Shown here one piece after another: positions 36,654 through 45,730 of a DNA stretch of 64,000 bases. Under the pieces are notes generated by a model. That model was not told where the DNA came from, did no database searches, and saw only the letters and a list, made by a program, of their open reading frames with translations. Position 1 is the stretch's first letter. Each line of letters begins with the position of its first letter. The stretch comes from an uncultured Oscillospiraceae bacterium (GTDB lineage: Bacteria > Bacillota > Clostridia > Oscillospirales > Oscillospiraceae), in contig CANQVL010000009.1 of assembly GCA_947627285.1 (NCBI GenBank), positions 9 to 64,008 on the forward strand. The letters run 5' to 3'. A program made the translations under genes and the position numbers.

Positions 36654-37043
36654 ATGTCGGGACCGGCGGAGAAAATATCCGGGTCGGAGCTTGATGTGAT
36701 GGAGGCGCTGTGGCAGGCGGGGGAGCCCGTGCCGCTGGCGCCGGTGAGGGAGCGGCTGGAGCGGGAGCGCGGCTGGGACGCGTCCACGGTGAAAACCCTC
36801 CTTAGGAGGCTCTGCGAGAAGGGCGCGGTCAGAGCCGAAAAGCGTGAGGTGTTCTACTACGCCCCGCTCCTGAGCCGGGAGGACTACCGCCGCTGGTCGT
36901 CCAGGGCGTTCCTGGAGCGCGTGTACCGTGGGAGCGTCCGGGACCTGGTGGCGAATCTGGTGGACTCGGCGGAGCTCTCCGACAAGGACCTGCGCGAGCT
37001 TCGGGAGATACTCTATCCGAATGAGGGCGGCAAAAATGGCTGA
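36654..37043 (+). CDS. blaI: BlaI/MecI/CopY-family transcriptional repressor
   Basis: Winged-helix ISGSELDVMEALWQ...STVKTLLRRLCEKG. Confidence 0.85.
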   Translation: MSGPAEKISGSELDVMEALWQAGEPVPLAPVRERLERERGWDASTVKTLLRRLCEKGAVRAEKREVFYYAPLLSREDYRRWSSRAFLERVYRGSVRDLVANLVDSAELSDKDLRELREILYPNEGGKNG

Positions 37044-39564
37044 TCCTCTCCGCCTGCTCCTGTCGCTGACCCTGTCCGGCGGGATACTGACGCTTTTTAT
37101 CGCCCTGCTGTGCCGCGTTCTTAGGGGGAGGGTCCCGGCGGTGCTGGCGGCGCTGCTGTGGCTTGCGGCGCTGGCGCGGTTTCTCATTCCCCTGGGCGCG
37201 GAATGGAGCCTGATGGCGCAGATTTTAACTCCGCCGGAGGAGGCCGCGCACTCCGCGCCTTCGGAGCCCGCCGGCGACGCGGAAGCCGTACAAATCCCCT
37301 CTCCGCCTGCGCAGACATCGCCTCCAAGCGCCGAAACGCCTGTCCACGCCGCGCCGGAGCCGGATTTTCCGGTCGAGGCGCCCGCGCCGGTACGTAAAGG
37401 ACCCGACGCCGCGTCAATAATCATGACTTTGTGGGCTGTTGGCGTCTTGCTGTGCGCCGCAACGTTCCTGGTCAGCGCCGCAAGATTTCGCCGGGAGCTC
37501 CGCCGCCGTGAGGTGGCGGCGGGGGAGGACGCGGAGGACGCCTGCCGCTCCGCCGCAAAAGAGCTGGGGATAGGCTGTCCCGCTATACGCAGATCCGCCG
37601 CCGTCACCGGTCCCATGCTGGAGGGCGTCATCCGCCCGACGGTGTGGCTGCCGGCGTCCTGCCCGGAGGGGGAGGAGCTTCGGCTTGCTCTCCTCCACGA
37701 GCTTACGCACCTGCGCCGCCGCGACCTGTGGTACAAGCGCGCGGCGCTGGTGAACGCGTGCCTCCACTGGTTCAACCCCGCCGCCTGGTATCTTCTGCGC
37801 GCGGTCGGGAGGGACTGCGAGCTCGCCTGCGACGAGACGGTGGCGCTGAGGCTCACCGACCGGGAAAAGCCCGTGTACGGCGAGCTCCTTTTGCGCGGCG
37901 CGTCGAAAAACCGGCAAAACAGCATCCTCTTTATGCCCTTTGGAAACTCCAAAAGAATCATGAAAGAGAGGTTGACAATAATCATGAGAAAAAATCCAGA
38001 CAGCCGAAGCTCCCGTGCCCTGACTGCCCTGTGCGCGGCGGCCGCCTTAACACTCGGCGCGGTCCTGGGCTCCTGCGGCTACGCCTCGGCAAGCGGCAGA
38101 GATGCCGAAAAAGACCCTGAAAAACCTGGGGATACGCAGATAGAAGCGTCCGGCGCCATAAATTTCGGCGCCCTTGAGGAGATGGATCTGATCGCCGTGG
38201 ATACCGTGAGCTCCGGCTCCTCCATCGCGGCGATAGTGTGGGACGGACAGAGGCAAACAGTTTACATAACGCTTGACTCCGGCGCGACGTGGACCGAGGA
38301 CCTCCCGGAGCCGGGCTATGACGGCGGGGCGGAGGCGGAGTATACCCGCGGCGGAACCGGCGTCTTCCCGGTCTGCGGGCTTGAAAACGGTGCCGCGGCG
38401 CTCTATCGTGTGGAGCTCACGGGCAGGAGCCTGGGGCTTGTCCGCTGGGAGGACAGGCTGATGTTTGCCGATATGGAATTCGTGGAATCCCAGCGCGTCG
38501 CCGAAAGCCGCCTCGCCCTTGCCGACCTTGACGGCGACGGGGAGGAGGAGCTGGCGGCTGCCGTGGCTAACTCTGTCGGTTCCGGTGTTGACTGCTTTGA
38601 CCTCTACGTCTTTGAAAGGGACAGATCGGCGGCGGTACTGCGTTGGCAGGACGCGGCGGAGCTCCTTGAGGAAAACCTTTCCGGCTCCTTCGACCCGGAG
38701 ACCTGCGTTTACACCGTCGCCCTCTCCGGCAGGGCATGGGAGCTGGACCTGTCCGCCGACGCTCAGTGGCTGGCGGACTCCCCGATAGGCGACGGCGGGC
38801 TTGACGCCTCCGGGAGCGTCACAGCCGATCTTGAAAACCTTGTCCTCTCCGTGGTCCTCCGCCCGGAGGGTATGCCGGCCTACGACCTGGCGGCTCTCGC
38901 CGTCCCCGTGGCATACTCCGGCTCCGTCCTCACGCCCGACATCTCCGCCGCCGCGCTGGATCCCCTCGCCGGACCTGCCCGTGAGGCCTCGCCGATCCAG
39001 CTTGAAAGCTATATAGACGCGTTAAAGGAGGTCCTTCGGGGCGAGAGGGACTTCTACTGCCGGTCCTCGGAGGGCGAGAGCGTGGGAGAAGCCAACGTGG
39101 GCTCCATCGAAAAAGCCCTGACGCCGGACCCAGTATCCAAGGGCGAGGTAAACGGCTTTACCGTCCTTGATATGGACGGCGACGGCGCTGTCGAGGCGGT
39201 ACTGAGCGTATACTACGGCGGATATGAGCAGGCAAGCGTCGTCTTGCGGCGTACCGCCGACGGGGTGGAGGGGATACGCGTTTGGTCAAGAAGCTTTTCC
39301 GGCTTAAAGACCGACGGCACCTTTGAATCCTCCTCAGGCGCGGACAACGCCGAGATACGCGTCCTTCGCGGCGGGGAGATCCAAACCCTCTGGTCCCGTG
39401 ACGGCGCGTACGACGAAAACGGCTCCTTCCTGGGCTGGGAGTACCGCAAGGGCGGTGAAAAGTGCGCCGAGGAGGAATTCCAAGCCGCCCTCGCCCTCCA
39501 ATCCTCCAAGCCCGCCGCCCAATATTACGATTTGACCCCGGAAAACATAAACCAAATCAGATGA
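37036..39564 (+). CDS. BlaR1-type M56 membrane metalloprotease sensor with a large non-PBP extracellular C-terminal region
   Basis: HELTHLRRRD zinc motif. Overlaps the blaI stop. The C-terminal ~480 aa lack SxxK/KTG motifs and contain LADLDGDGEEEL and VLDMDGDGAVE (FG-GAP/VCBS-like). Confidence 0.8.
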   Translation: MADPLRLLLSLTLSGGILTLFIALLCRVLRGRVPAVLAALLWLAALARFLIPLGAEWSLMAQILTPPEEAAHSAPSEPAGDAEAVQIPSPPAQTSPPSAETPVHAAPEPDFPVEAPAPVRKGPDAASIIMTLWAVGVLLCAATFLVSAARFRRELRRREVAAGEDAEDACRSAAKELGIGCPAIRRSAAVTGPMLEGVIRPTVWLPASCPEGEELRLALLHELTHLRRRDLWYKRAALVNACLHWFNPAAWYLLRAVGRDCELACDETVALRLTDREKPVYGELLLRGASKNRQNSILFMPFGNSKRIMKERLTIIMRKNPDSRSSRALTALCAAAALTLGAVLGSCGYASASGRDAEKDPEKPGDTQIEASGAINFGALEEMDLIAVDTVSSGSSIAAIVWDGQRQTVYITLDSGATWTEDLPEPGYDGGAEAEYTRGGTGVFPVCGLENGAAALYRVELTGRSLGLVRWEDRLMFADMEFVESQRVAESRLALADLDGDGEEELAAAVANSVGSGVDCFDLYVFERDRSAAVLRWQDAAELLEENLSGSFDPETCVYTVALSGRAWELDLSADAQWLADSPIGDGGLDASGSVTADLENLVLSVVLRPEGMPAYDLAALAVPVAYSGSVLTPDISAAALDPLAGPAREASPIQLESYIDALKEVLRGERDFYCRSSEGESVGEANVGSIEKALTPDPVSKGEVNGFTVLDMDGDGAVEAVLSVYYGGYEQASVVLRRTADGVEGIRVWSRSFSGLKTDGTFESSSGADNAEIRVLRGGEIQTLWSRDGAYDENGSFLGWEYRKGGEKCAEEEFQAALALQSSKPAAQYYDLTPENINQIR

Positions 39565-39574
39565 TCTCAAAACC

Positions 39575-39640
39575 AAAAGGATTCGGAAATGTCCGCGGAC
39601 ATTTCCGAATCCTTTTTCGCGCGTTTCTCTTTTTCGAAAA
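39575..39640 (+). repeat. Hairpin-repeat family, copy D (HP3-linker plus a mini hairpin)
   Basis: Same 42-nt palindrome as copy A, linker TCGCGCGTTTCTC, then TTTTTCGAAAA. Confidence 0.85.
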
Positions 39641-40894
39641 TCAGTACAAAGGGAACCTTGCGCACAGGTCGGTGATTATCCCTCTTGTCTCCTCCTGAGT
39701 GCCCTCGTAGTCGTGGACGGTGGCGGCGATCCTGTCGGCAATGATCACCATCTCCGGCTCCTTGAAGCCGCGTGTGGTGACGGCGGGAGTGCCGATCCTT
39801 ATCCCGCTGGTGACAAAGGGCTTTTCCGGGTCGTTGGGTATGGCGTTTTTGTTTACCGTGATGTAAACGGAATCGAGCCGCTTTTCCAGCACCTTTCCGG
39901 TGACGCCCGTGCCGCGGAGGTCCGCCAGCATAAGGTGGTTGTCGGTGCCGCCGGAGACCAGGTTGACGCCCCGCTTCATAAGCTCCTCCGCCAGCACCTT
40001 GGCGTTTTTCACTATCTGCGCCTGATATGCCTTGAACTCCGGCCTCAGCGCCTCGCCGAAGCAAACCGCCTTCGCCGCGATGACGTGCATAAGCGGTCCG
40101 CCCTGGGTGCCGGGGAATATGGCTTTGTTAAACTGCTTGCCAAATTCGGGGTCCGCGGTGAGAATGAGCCCGCCGCGGGGTCCGCGCAGGGTCTTGTGGG
40201 TGGTGGTGGTCACCACATGTGCCCAGGGTATGGGCGACTCGTGCTCGCCCGCCGCCACAAGTCCCGCGATGTGGGCCATGTCCACCATCAGGTAAGCGCC
40301 CACGGAGTCCGCGATCTCGCGGAAGCGCTTGAAGTCGATGGCGCGGGGATACGCCGACGCGCCGGCGACGATGAGCTTCGGCTTGTTCTTCCGCGCCAGC
40401 TCCATAAGCGCGTCATAGTCGATGCGACCGGTCTCCGGGGAGACGCCGTAGGGGACAAAGTTAAAATATTTACCCGAGAGGTTCACGGGGGAGCCGTGGG
40501 TCAGGTGCCCGCCCTCGGCAAGATTCATCCCCAGGACCGTGTCGCCGGGGTTCAAAAGGGCAAAGTACACGGCAGTGTTTGCCTGGGCGCCGGAGTGGGG
40601 CTGGACGTTGGCGTAGCCCGCGCCGAAGATGGCCTTCGCCCGCTCGATGGCGAGCGTCTCCACCTCGTCCACGTACTCACAGCCGCCGTAATAGCGCTTT
40701 CCTGGGTAGCCCTCGGCGTATTTGTTGGTGAGTACGCTGCCCATCGCCGCCATGACGGCGGGGGAGACGTAGTTTTCCGAGGCTATGAGCTCGATGTTGC
40801 GCTTCTGCCGTCCCAGCTCACGGCCCATAGCCGCCGCCAGATCCGGATCTTGATTGGCTATGAAGCCGATGGAATCCTGAAGGTCTGAATACAT
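39641..40894 (-). CDS. glyA: Serine hydroxymethyltransferase
   Basis: [19 protein letters not shown]-lysine motif. Confidence 0.95.
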   Translation of the reverse strand: MYSDLQDSIGFIANQDPDLAAAMGRELGRQKRNIELIASENYVSPAVMAAMGSVLTNKYAEGYPGKRYYGGCEYVDEVETLAIERAKAIFGAGYANVQPHSGAQANTAVYFALLNPGDTVLGMNLAEGGHLTHGSPVNLSGKYFNFVPYGVSPETGRIDYDALMELARKNKPKLIVAGASAYPRAIDFKRFREIADSVGAYLMVDMAHIAGLVAAGEHESPIPWAHVVTTTTHKTLRGPRGGLILTADPEFGKQFNKAIFPGTQGGPLMHVIAAKAVCFGEALRPEFKAYQAQIVKNAKVLAEELMKRGVNLVSGGTDNHLMLADLRGTGVTGKVLEKRLDSVYITVNKNAIPNDPEKPFVTSGIRIGTPAVTTRGFKEPEMVIIADRIAATVHDYEGTQEETRGIITDLCARFPLY

Positions 40895-40914
40895 GTTTAT
40901 ACTCCTGTCAAAAA

Positions 40915-41760
40915 TTATTTTCTGTACATCAATATTCCCAGCGTCTTGGGACCGCAGTGGTTGGAGATGGTACAGCCCGCCGTGGCGTCGATGAGTTCGT
41001 CAAAGGGGCAAAGCTCCTGTACGGTTTTCCGAGCCTCGGACAGAAACTCCTCCGAAAAGCCGTTGGAATTTACGATGAACGCCCTGCGCCTGTCGATTTT
41101 ATCTGGCTGAGCGAGCCTGTCCGCCAGGTACTTAAGCACCACCTTCTCAATGGCGCCCCGGTACTTTTTTCCCACGCCCATGCTCCCGTCCGAAAGCTCT
41201 ATGCAGGGCTTCAGATTCAAAAGGTTGGCCCCCAGCGCCACCAGCGGCGAGCACCGCCCGCCGGCCTTGAGGTAGTCCAGCGTGTCGATGACAAAGCTCA
41301 CGTCAAGCCTGTCGCGCTTTGCCTCCAGCGCCGCCACGATCTCCTCTGGGCTCTTTCCCTCCGCCGCCATATCGCAGGCGTCCAGCACCAGCAGCGATAT
41401 GCCGCAGGACAGGGTCGTTGAGTCCACCACCCACACGTTCCCCACCTCCGCGCCGGCGATGTTGGCGTTTTGGAAGCAGGCGGACATGGACTGGGAGATG
41501 GTGAAGTGTATCACCGCGTCGCATTCTTTGCGAAGCTCCCTGAATACCTCCAGGTAGTCGCCCACGTTCACAGCCGCCGTGTTCCCCAGCTTTCCGCCGG
41601 CGGCGACGTGGTCAAATATGTCCTGGGCGCATATCTCCACCCCGTCCTTTTTCGCCTCGCCGTCCATCACCACATAGAGGGGGAAGATGTGGACGCCGTA
41701 TTTTTCCGCCAACTCAACGGGCAGATCGCACGTGCTGTCAGCCGTTATTTTTATCTTCAT
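40915..41760 (-). CDS. DegV-family fatty-acid-binding protein
   Basis: [14 protein letters not shown] start and overall DegV similarity. Confidence 0.9.
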   Translation of the reverse strand: MKIKITADSTCDLPVELAEKYGVHIFPLYVVMDGEAKKDGVEICAQDIFDHVAAGGKLGNTAAVNVGDYLEVFRELRKECDAVIHFTISQSMSACFQNANIAGAEVGNVWVVDSTTLSCGISLLVLDACDMAAEGKSPEEIVAALEAKRDRLDVSFVIDTLDYLKAGGRCSPLVALGANLLNLKPCIELSDGSMGVGKKYRGAIEKVVLKYLADRLAQPDKIDRRRAFIVNSNGFSEEFLSEARKTVQELCPFDELIDATAGCTISNHCGPKTLGILMYRK

Positions 41761-41910
41761 GGGAGCTTCCTCCTGACGTGATTTTATTTCGCTACAATAA
41801 TATCACATACCCGGAGAAATTGGTAGGGGATTAATAAACAAATTTTTAAAAATGTGTTGTAATTTTGCTGTACCAAAAGCAAAAGGAACAGCCGATTCAG
41901 TGCAATTCCT

Positions 41911-42088
41911 TTAATTATATATTTTTCCGGCGGCATGTACGTCGGAAAAATCACCTTTTGTCGCGCAAGTGTATGGTCTTTGACCATGCGCGCAGCGCGA
42001 CGGCAGGAAAATTTTTTTGAATTTCGCAAAATTCAAAAAAATTTTCTGAACGTTTCCATCTTTCGGAAAAGGGTTTACCCTTTTCCGA
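41911..42088 (+). repeat. Hairpin-repeat family, copy E (full: HP1-HP2-HP3-HP4)
   Basis: HP1 41922-41950, HP2 41960-42001, HP3 42007-42046 (all-A/T stem, CGCA loop), linker TGAACGTTTCCATC, HP4 42062-42088. Confidence 0.85.
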
Positions 42089-42096
42089 CGGTAAGC

Positions 42097-42125
42097 AAAA
42101 GGAGACGCCTTGAGGCGTCTCCAAT
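42097..42125 (-). terminator. rpmA terminator
   Basis: GGAGACGCC-TCAA-GGCGTCTCC followed by TTTT on the minus strand. Confidence 0.75.
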
Positions 42126-42140
42126 GGTGGAAATTTCGTG

Positions 42141-42404
42141 TTACTGCGCGGCTTCCTCGTAAACGGAGACCTGCTTGCGCTCGCGGTTGATGTGCTCATA
42201 GCGGACGGTGCCGGAGACCAGCGCGAACAGGGTGTCGTCGCTGCCCTTGCCCACGTTGTTGCCCGGGTGGATCTTTGTCCCGCGCTGGCGGACAAGGATG
42301 TTGCCGGCGAGGACGTACTGCCCGTCGGAGCGCTTCACGCCAAGGCGTTTGGACTCGGAATCGCGACCGTTCTTGGTGGAGCCCATTCCTTTTTTATGTG
42401 CCAT
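42141..42404 (-). CDS. rpmA: 50S ribosomal protein L27 (no N-terminal propeptide)
   Basis: [22 protein letters not shown]. Confidence 0.95.
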   Translation of the reverse strand: MAHKKGMGSTKNGRDSESKRLGVKRSDGQYVLAGNILVRQRGTKIHPGNNVGKGSDDTLFALVSGTVRYEHINRERKQVSVYEEAAQ

Positions 42405-42442
42405 GTAAATTACACCTCCAAAATCGTGATGCTAAAGGCCCA

Positions 42443-42757
42443 TTACGCGTTGATGGCGTCGATGGTGACCTTGGTATAGGGCTGTCTGTGGCCCTGCTTG
42501 CGGCGGTAGTTCTTCTTGGGACGCATCTTGTAGACGATGATCTTCTTGCTCTTGCCGGTCTTCACCGCCGTGGCGGTGACGGAAGCGCCGGAGACCACCG
42601 GCGTGCCGAAGCTGGCGGTGCCGTCGTCATTGAAGATCGCCAGTACCTTGTCGAAGGTGACGGACGCGCCGTCCTCCACGTTCAGCTTCTCCACAAAGAG
42701 GGTGTCCCCCGCGGAGACCCGGTACTGCTTTCCGCATGCCTCAATAATCGCTGTCAT
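42443..42757 (-). CDS. rplU: 50S ribosomal protein L21
   Basis: [23 protein letters not shown] favours ATG 42757 over ORF-track start 42769. Confidence 0.9.
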   Translation of the reverse strand: MTAIIEACGKQYRVSAGDTLFVEKLNVEDGASVTFDKVLAIFNDDGTASFGTPVVSGASVTATAVKTGKSKKIIVYKMRPKKNYRRKQGHRQPYTKVTIDAINA

Positions 42758-42849
42758 TGACCTTTTCACCTCTTAAAAAATAGAGTCTCGCTCTCGCAGG
42801 CGCGCCGGAAAACCGGCGACTTTACGGCTCAGCTCAAAGCGGCTTTCCA

Positions 42850-42878
42850 ATTATACCTTCGCGGACCTGAAAAGTCAA
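42850..42878 (-). promoter_or_regulatory. rplU-rpmA promoter, followed by a ~90-nt structured leader
   Basis: Minus strand TTGACT - 17 nt - TATAAT. The leader contains the CGCCGG-TTTT-CCGGCG hairpin and a T-run before the RBS. Confidence 0.5.
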
Positions 42879-42908
42879 CACCTTTTTTGAAAAATCCGCC
42901 GCTTTTTC

Positions 42909-43658
42909 TCATTTATATACCCTGACCATTACCCTCAGCCGCCCCTTTTTCGTCTCGCGGGCGATACCCTCGTACAAAAACCTCCCGTAGTGCCTCACGG
43001 ATACCACGGTCCCCGGCTCCAGTGAGGCGGAGGGGGAGGAGGCGAGCCTTCCCGAGAGGAAAACCTGCTCCTTCGCGATGAGCTCCTGCGCCTGAGCGCG
43101 GGACAGCCTGTACACCGCCGCCACAGCCGCGTCAAGCCTCTCCGACGCCACCACCAGCTCCGACAGGGGAGGGGGCGCGGAGAGCTTCTCCGGCGGCTCG
43201 GAGCGGCTCACGGATACCGTCGTGCGCCTCACGGACGTCAGGCTCTCGCAAATAAATCCCGCGATGGACTCAAGGCAGAAGAGATACCCCACATTGTCGG
43301 AAATCTCAATGTCCCCCAGCACCTCCCGGCGTATGCCCAGCGCCATCAGCGACCCCAAAAAATCCCTGTGCGTCAGGGCGTCGGCAAATTTCTGGCTGAC
43401 CGGCTCCAGCTTGAGGCACACCACCGGCGGCGCCTCCACATATCCGCAAAGCTCCTCCGAGCCAAAGCACGCCACCCTCCTCTCGGAGGACTCAAGCCCC
43501 CCGAAAAGCGTAAAGGGGCACGTGACCCTGAGCCTCAGCAGCACGTCCTGCTCCGCCGGGGTCAAAAACTCCGAGAACACCCACTGCCCGCGCCCCTCGG
43601 CGCGCCGGGCAAGCTCGCTGAGCCTGTTTTTCAAAAGAGCCTCGTTTTCCATGCTCAT
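42909..43658 (-). CDS. YlmH-like RNA-binding S4-domain protein
   Basis: N-terminal FLTPAEQ motif and a C-terminal S4-like segment (RLDAAVAAVYRLSRAQAQELI). Confidence 0.7.
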   Translation of the reverse strand: MSMENEALLKNRLSELARRAEGRGQWVFSEFLTPAEQDVLLRLRVTCPFTLFGGLESSERRVACFGSEELCGYVEAPPVVCLKLEPVSQKFADALTHRDFLGSLMALGIRREVLGDIEISDNVGYLFCLESIAGFICESLTSVRRTTVSVSRSEPPEKLSAPPPLSELVVASERLDAAVAAVYRLSRAQAQELIAKEQVFLSGRLASSPSASLEPGTVVSVRHYGRFLYEGIARETKKGRLRVMVRVYK

Positions 43659-44155
43659 CTCCTCAGCGCCTTCCCCAGCCTTTTTACGGCAAGCTGTCCC
43701 GCAAGCCCGGTGAACGCCCCGGCTATGATGCCGGAGACCGCCAGCACCGGCAGGTAATATATAAGCGACGGTGTGCCCGTGACCGCGATCGCCGCCCCGA
43801 TCTGCCCTAAGTTGTGCCCCAGCGCGGCAAAAACCGACGACACCCAGATCTGCTTTTCCGTCATGATTTTTCGCGTGAGCAGAAGCACCAGGTACGCCGT
43901 AAGCCCGCCGGACAGTGAATAAATCATCGCCGCGGGGCTTCCCGCGATGAGCCCCCCCAGCAGTATCCGCGCCAAAAGCACCGCCAGCGCGTCGCCGGGA
44001 CCCAGCGTGAACATCGTCACCACCGTCACGATGTTGGCAAGCCCCAGCTTCACCCCCGGCACCGGCACGATCTCAGGTATCTGGAGCTCCACAATAAAGA
44101 TAGTCAACGCCACGGCGGTGAGCACCCCGTCCCTGGCAAGAGAGCGAACGCGCAT
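43655..44155 (-). CDS. Gx transporter family membrane protein (heptaprenyl diphosphate synthase component I-like)
   Basis: VELQIP...PGVKLGLANIVT motif; about 5 TM helices. Confidence 0.75.
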   Translation of the reverse strand: MRVRSLARDGVLTAVALTIFIVELQIPEIVPVPGVKLGLANIVTVVTMFTLGPGDALAVLLARILLGGLIAGSPAAMIYSLSGGLTAYLVLLLTRKIMTEKQIWVSSVFAALGHNLGQIGAAIAVTGTPSLIYYLPVLAVSGIIAGAFTGLAGQLAVKRLGKALRR

Positions 44156-44529
44156 CAGCCCACCTCCGCGTCTATCCCGCCGCCCGGGTCAAGCTCTATC
44201 ACAAGACTGTGCGGCAGGCACACTATCGGGGCGGGGGAGTCCGACAGCCACCCACGCCGCACGCACACCAGATCCGGGCAGTCCGCCGACTCAACGCGTA
44301 TCCTCCCAGGCTCTACCAAAATGACGTTGACGCCCCCGCCCGCCTCAACGGTGAACCGCTCGGACTCTGTGACGGCGGAGAGGTCAATACTGCGCACAAG
44401 CTCCCCGTCCACGTATATTTTGGCAACCCTCCCCCCGGCGCTCCGGGGGACATAAAGGTACACGGACGCGGCGACGGAGAGCGCGAGTATCACAAGAATT
44501 ACGATGACCCATGTTCCCGTCTTAGCCAC
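44155..44529 (-). CDS. NusG domain II-containing membrane protein
   Basis: N-terminal TM helix plus CPDLVCVRRGWL...IVCLPH motif. Confidence 0.7.
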   Translation of the reverse strand: MAKTGTWVIVILVILALSVAASVYLYVPRSAGGRVAKIYVDGELVRSIDLSAVTESERFTVEAGGGVNVILVEPGRIRVESADCPDLVCVRRGWLSDSPAPIVCLPHSLVIELDPGGGIDAEVG

Positions 44530-45520
44530 GCCGTATCACCTGTATTTCAGTATTTTCATAGCCGTCCATGGGGGTAAAAACGTCCTCCAGCCCCTCGGTG
44601 ATGTATATTTCTCCCCCGTCGGTCACCAGCGCCAGCTCAAAGCCCGCGTTTTCCCGCCAAAGCTCCGCCGCCGCGTCAAGACCCATCACGTATACCGCCG
44701 TGGAGAGCCCGTCGCACAGGACCCCCTCGGCTCCTGTTACCGTGACTGAGGCGAGCCCCGAATCCGCCGGACGGCCGGTCTGAGGGTCGATTATGTGGCA
44801 GTAGCGCACGCCGTCCTCTTCAAAGTACCGCTGGTAGCCGCCGGAGGTGACCACCGCCGCGTCCCTGACGGACACCGCGCCCACAAGCCCATCGGAAAAC
44901 GGGTCGCGTATGCCCACTACCCAGTCGCCGCCGTTTGGCTTTGAGCCCACCGCCATCACGTTCCCGCCCAGGTTTATGAGCCCGCTTTTGACACCGGCAT
45001 CCCGCCAGCCTTCGGCGATGAGATCGGCGGTCCACCCCTTGGCGACCGCCCCCAGGTCCAAAAGCGCCCCACGGGGCAGGGCGACGGCGCCGTCCTCAAG
45101 CCTCACGGAGGCGTAGTCCACGCCCTCCAAAAGCTTCTCTATCTCGCCGTCCTCCGGTATCCTGTATTCCCCCGTGGTGAAGCCCCACGCCCGCACCAGC
45201 GGGTAAACCGTTATGTCCAGCGCCCCGTCCGTGAGGGCGCATATCTCCAGAGCCCTCTCCAAAAGCGCCGCCGTCTCGCCGTGTACCTCGCCCTTCCCGG
45301 CGGAATTTAAAAGCGCGATGTCGCTTCCCTCCGCCGTCACGGACAAAAGCCCCTCCGCGTCGTGGATGAGCTCCGCCGCCTCGTCAAGCCGTTCCTGAGG
45401 TCCGTAGACCGTGAGCTCCATCACCGTGTCCATGGCAAAGAGCGTGGAGGACCGGGCTGTGGGGGCGCACCCGGCGAGCAAAAGCGCCAGCGCCGCCGCC
45501 AAAAGAGGCGCCCGCCTCAT
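44522..45520 (-). CDS. apbE: FAD:protein FMN transferase (ApbE family lipoprotein)
   Basis: Lipobox LLLAGC; ApbE-like core. Start chosen at MRRAPLL (ORF track begins 45562). Confidence 0.85.
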   Translation of the reverse strand: MRRAPLLAAALALLLAGCAPTARSSTLFAMDTVMELTVYGPQERLDEAAELIHDAEGLLSVTAEGSDIALLNSAGKGEVHGETAALLERALEICALTDGALDITVYPLVRAWGFTTGEYRIPEDGEIEKLLEGVDYASVRLEDGAVALPRGALLDLGAVAKGWTADLIAEGWRDAGVKSGLINLGGNVMAVGSKPNGGDWVVGIRDPFSDGLVGAVSVRDAAVVTSGGYQRYFEEDGVRYCHIIDPQTGRPADSGLASVTVTGAEGVLCDGLSTAVYVMGLDAAAELWRENAGFELALVTDGGEIYITEGLEDVFTPMDGYENTEIQVIRRG

Positions 45521-45729
45521 TCCGCCCCCTCCGGGGCGGCGTCCTCCGCCTCCTGGAGCCATGGGACCTCCAGCTTCACCCCGTCGGAGGTGTATACGAT
45601 GTACCGCTTGAAGCCGAAAAATATCCCCGCGGCGATGACGATCAGCGCCGCCAGCACGGAGAAGACGACCGCCAGCGCCGTTTTCAGCGGCTTGCGGGAG
45701 CGGTAGACGCGCGCCTCGTCCCTCGCCAT
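45517..45729 (-). CDS. Small single-pass membrane protein, hypothetical
   Basis: MARDEARVYRSRKPLKTALAVVFSVLAALIVIAAGIFFGF. Couples by overlap to apbE. Confidence 0.4.
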   Translation of the reverse strand: MARDEARVYRSRKPLKTALAVVFSVLAALIVIAAGIFFGFKRYIVYTSDGVKLEVPWLQEAEDAAPEGAE

Positions 45730-45730
45730 C

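Noticed and set aside
36618-37985. 455-aa minus-strand ORF across blaI/blaR1. Comparable ORFs occur at 23123-24436, 25049-25867, 26108-27115, 27057-28076, 31645-33171, 39713-40888, 55277-56278, 58174-59046 and 63029-63802.
   Set aside because: Same reasoning: antisense or out-of-frame shadows of well-supported genes (ppk2, P-loop NTPase, patB, MFS, ligase, glyA, uxuB, ABC, rplA), with Ser/Arg/Ala/Pro-rich composition.
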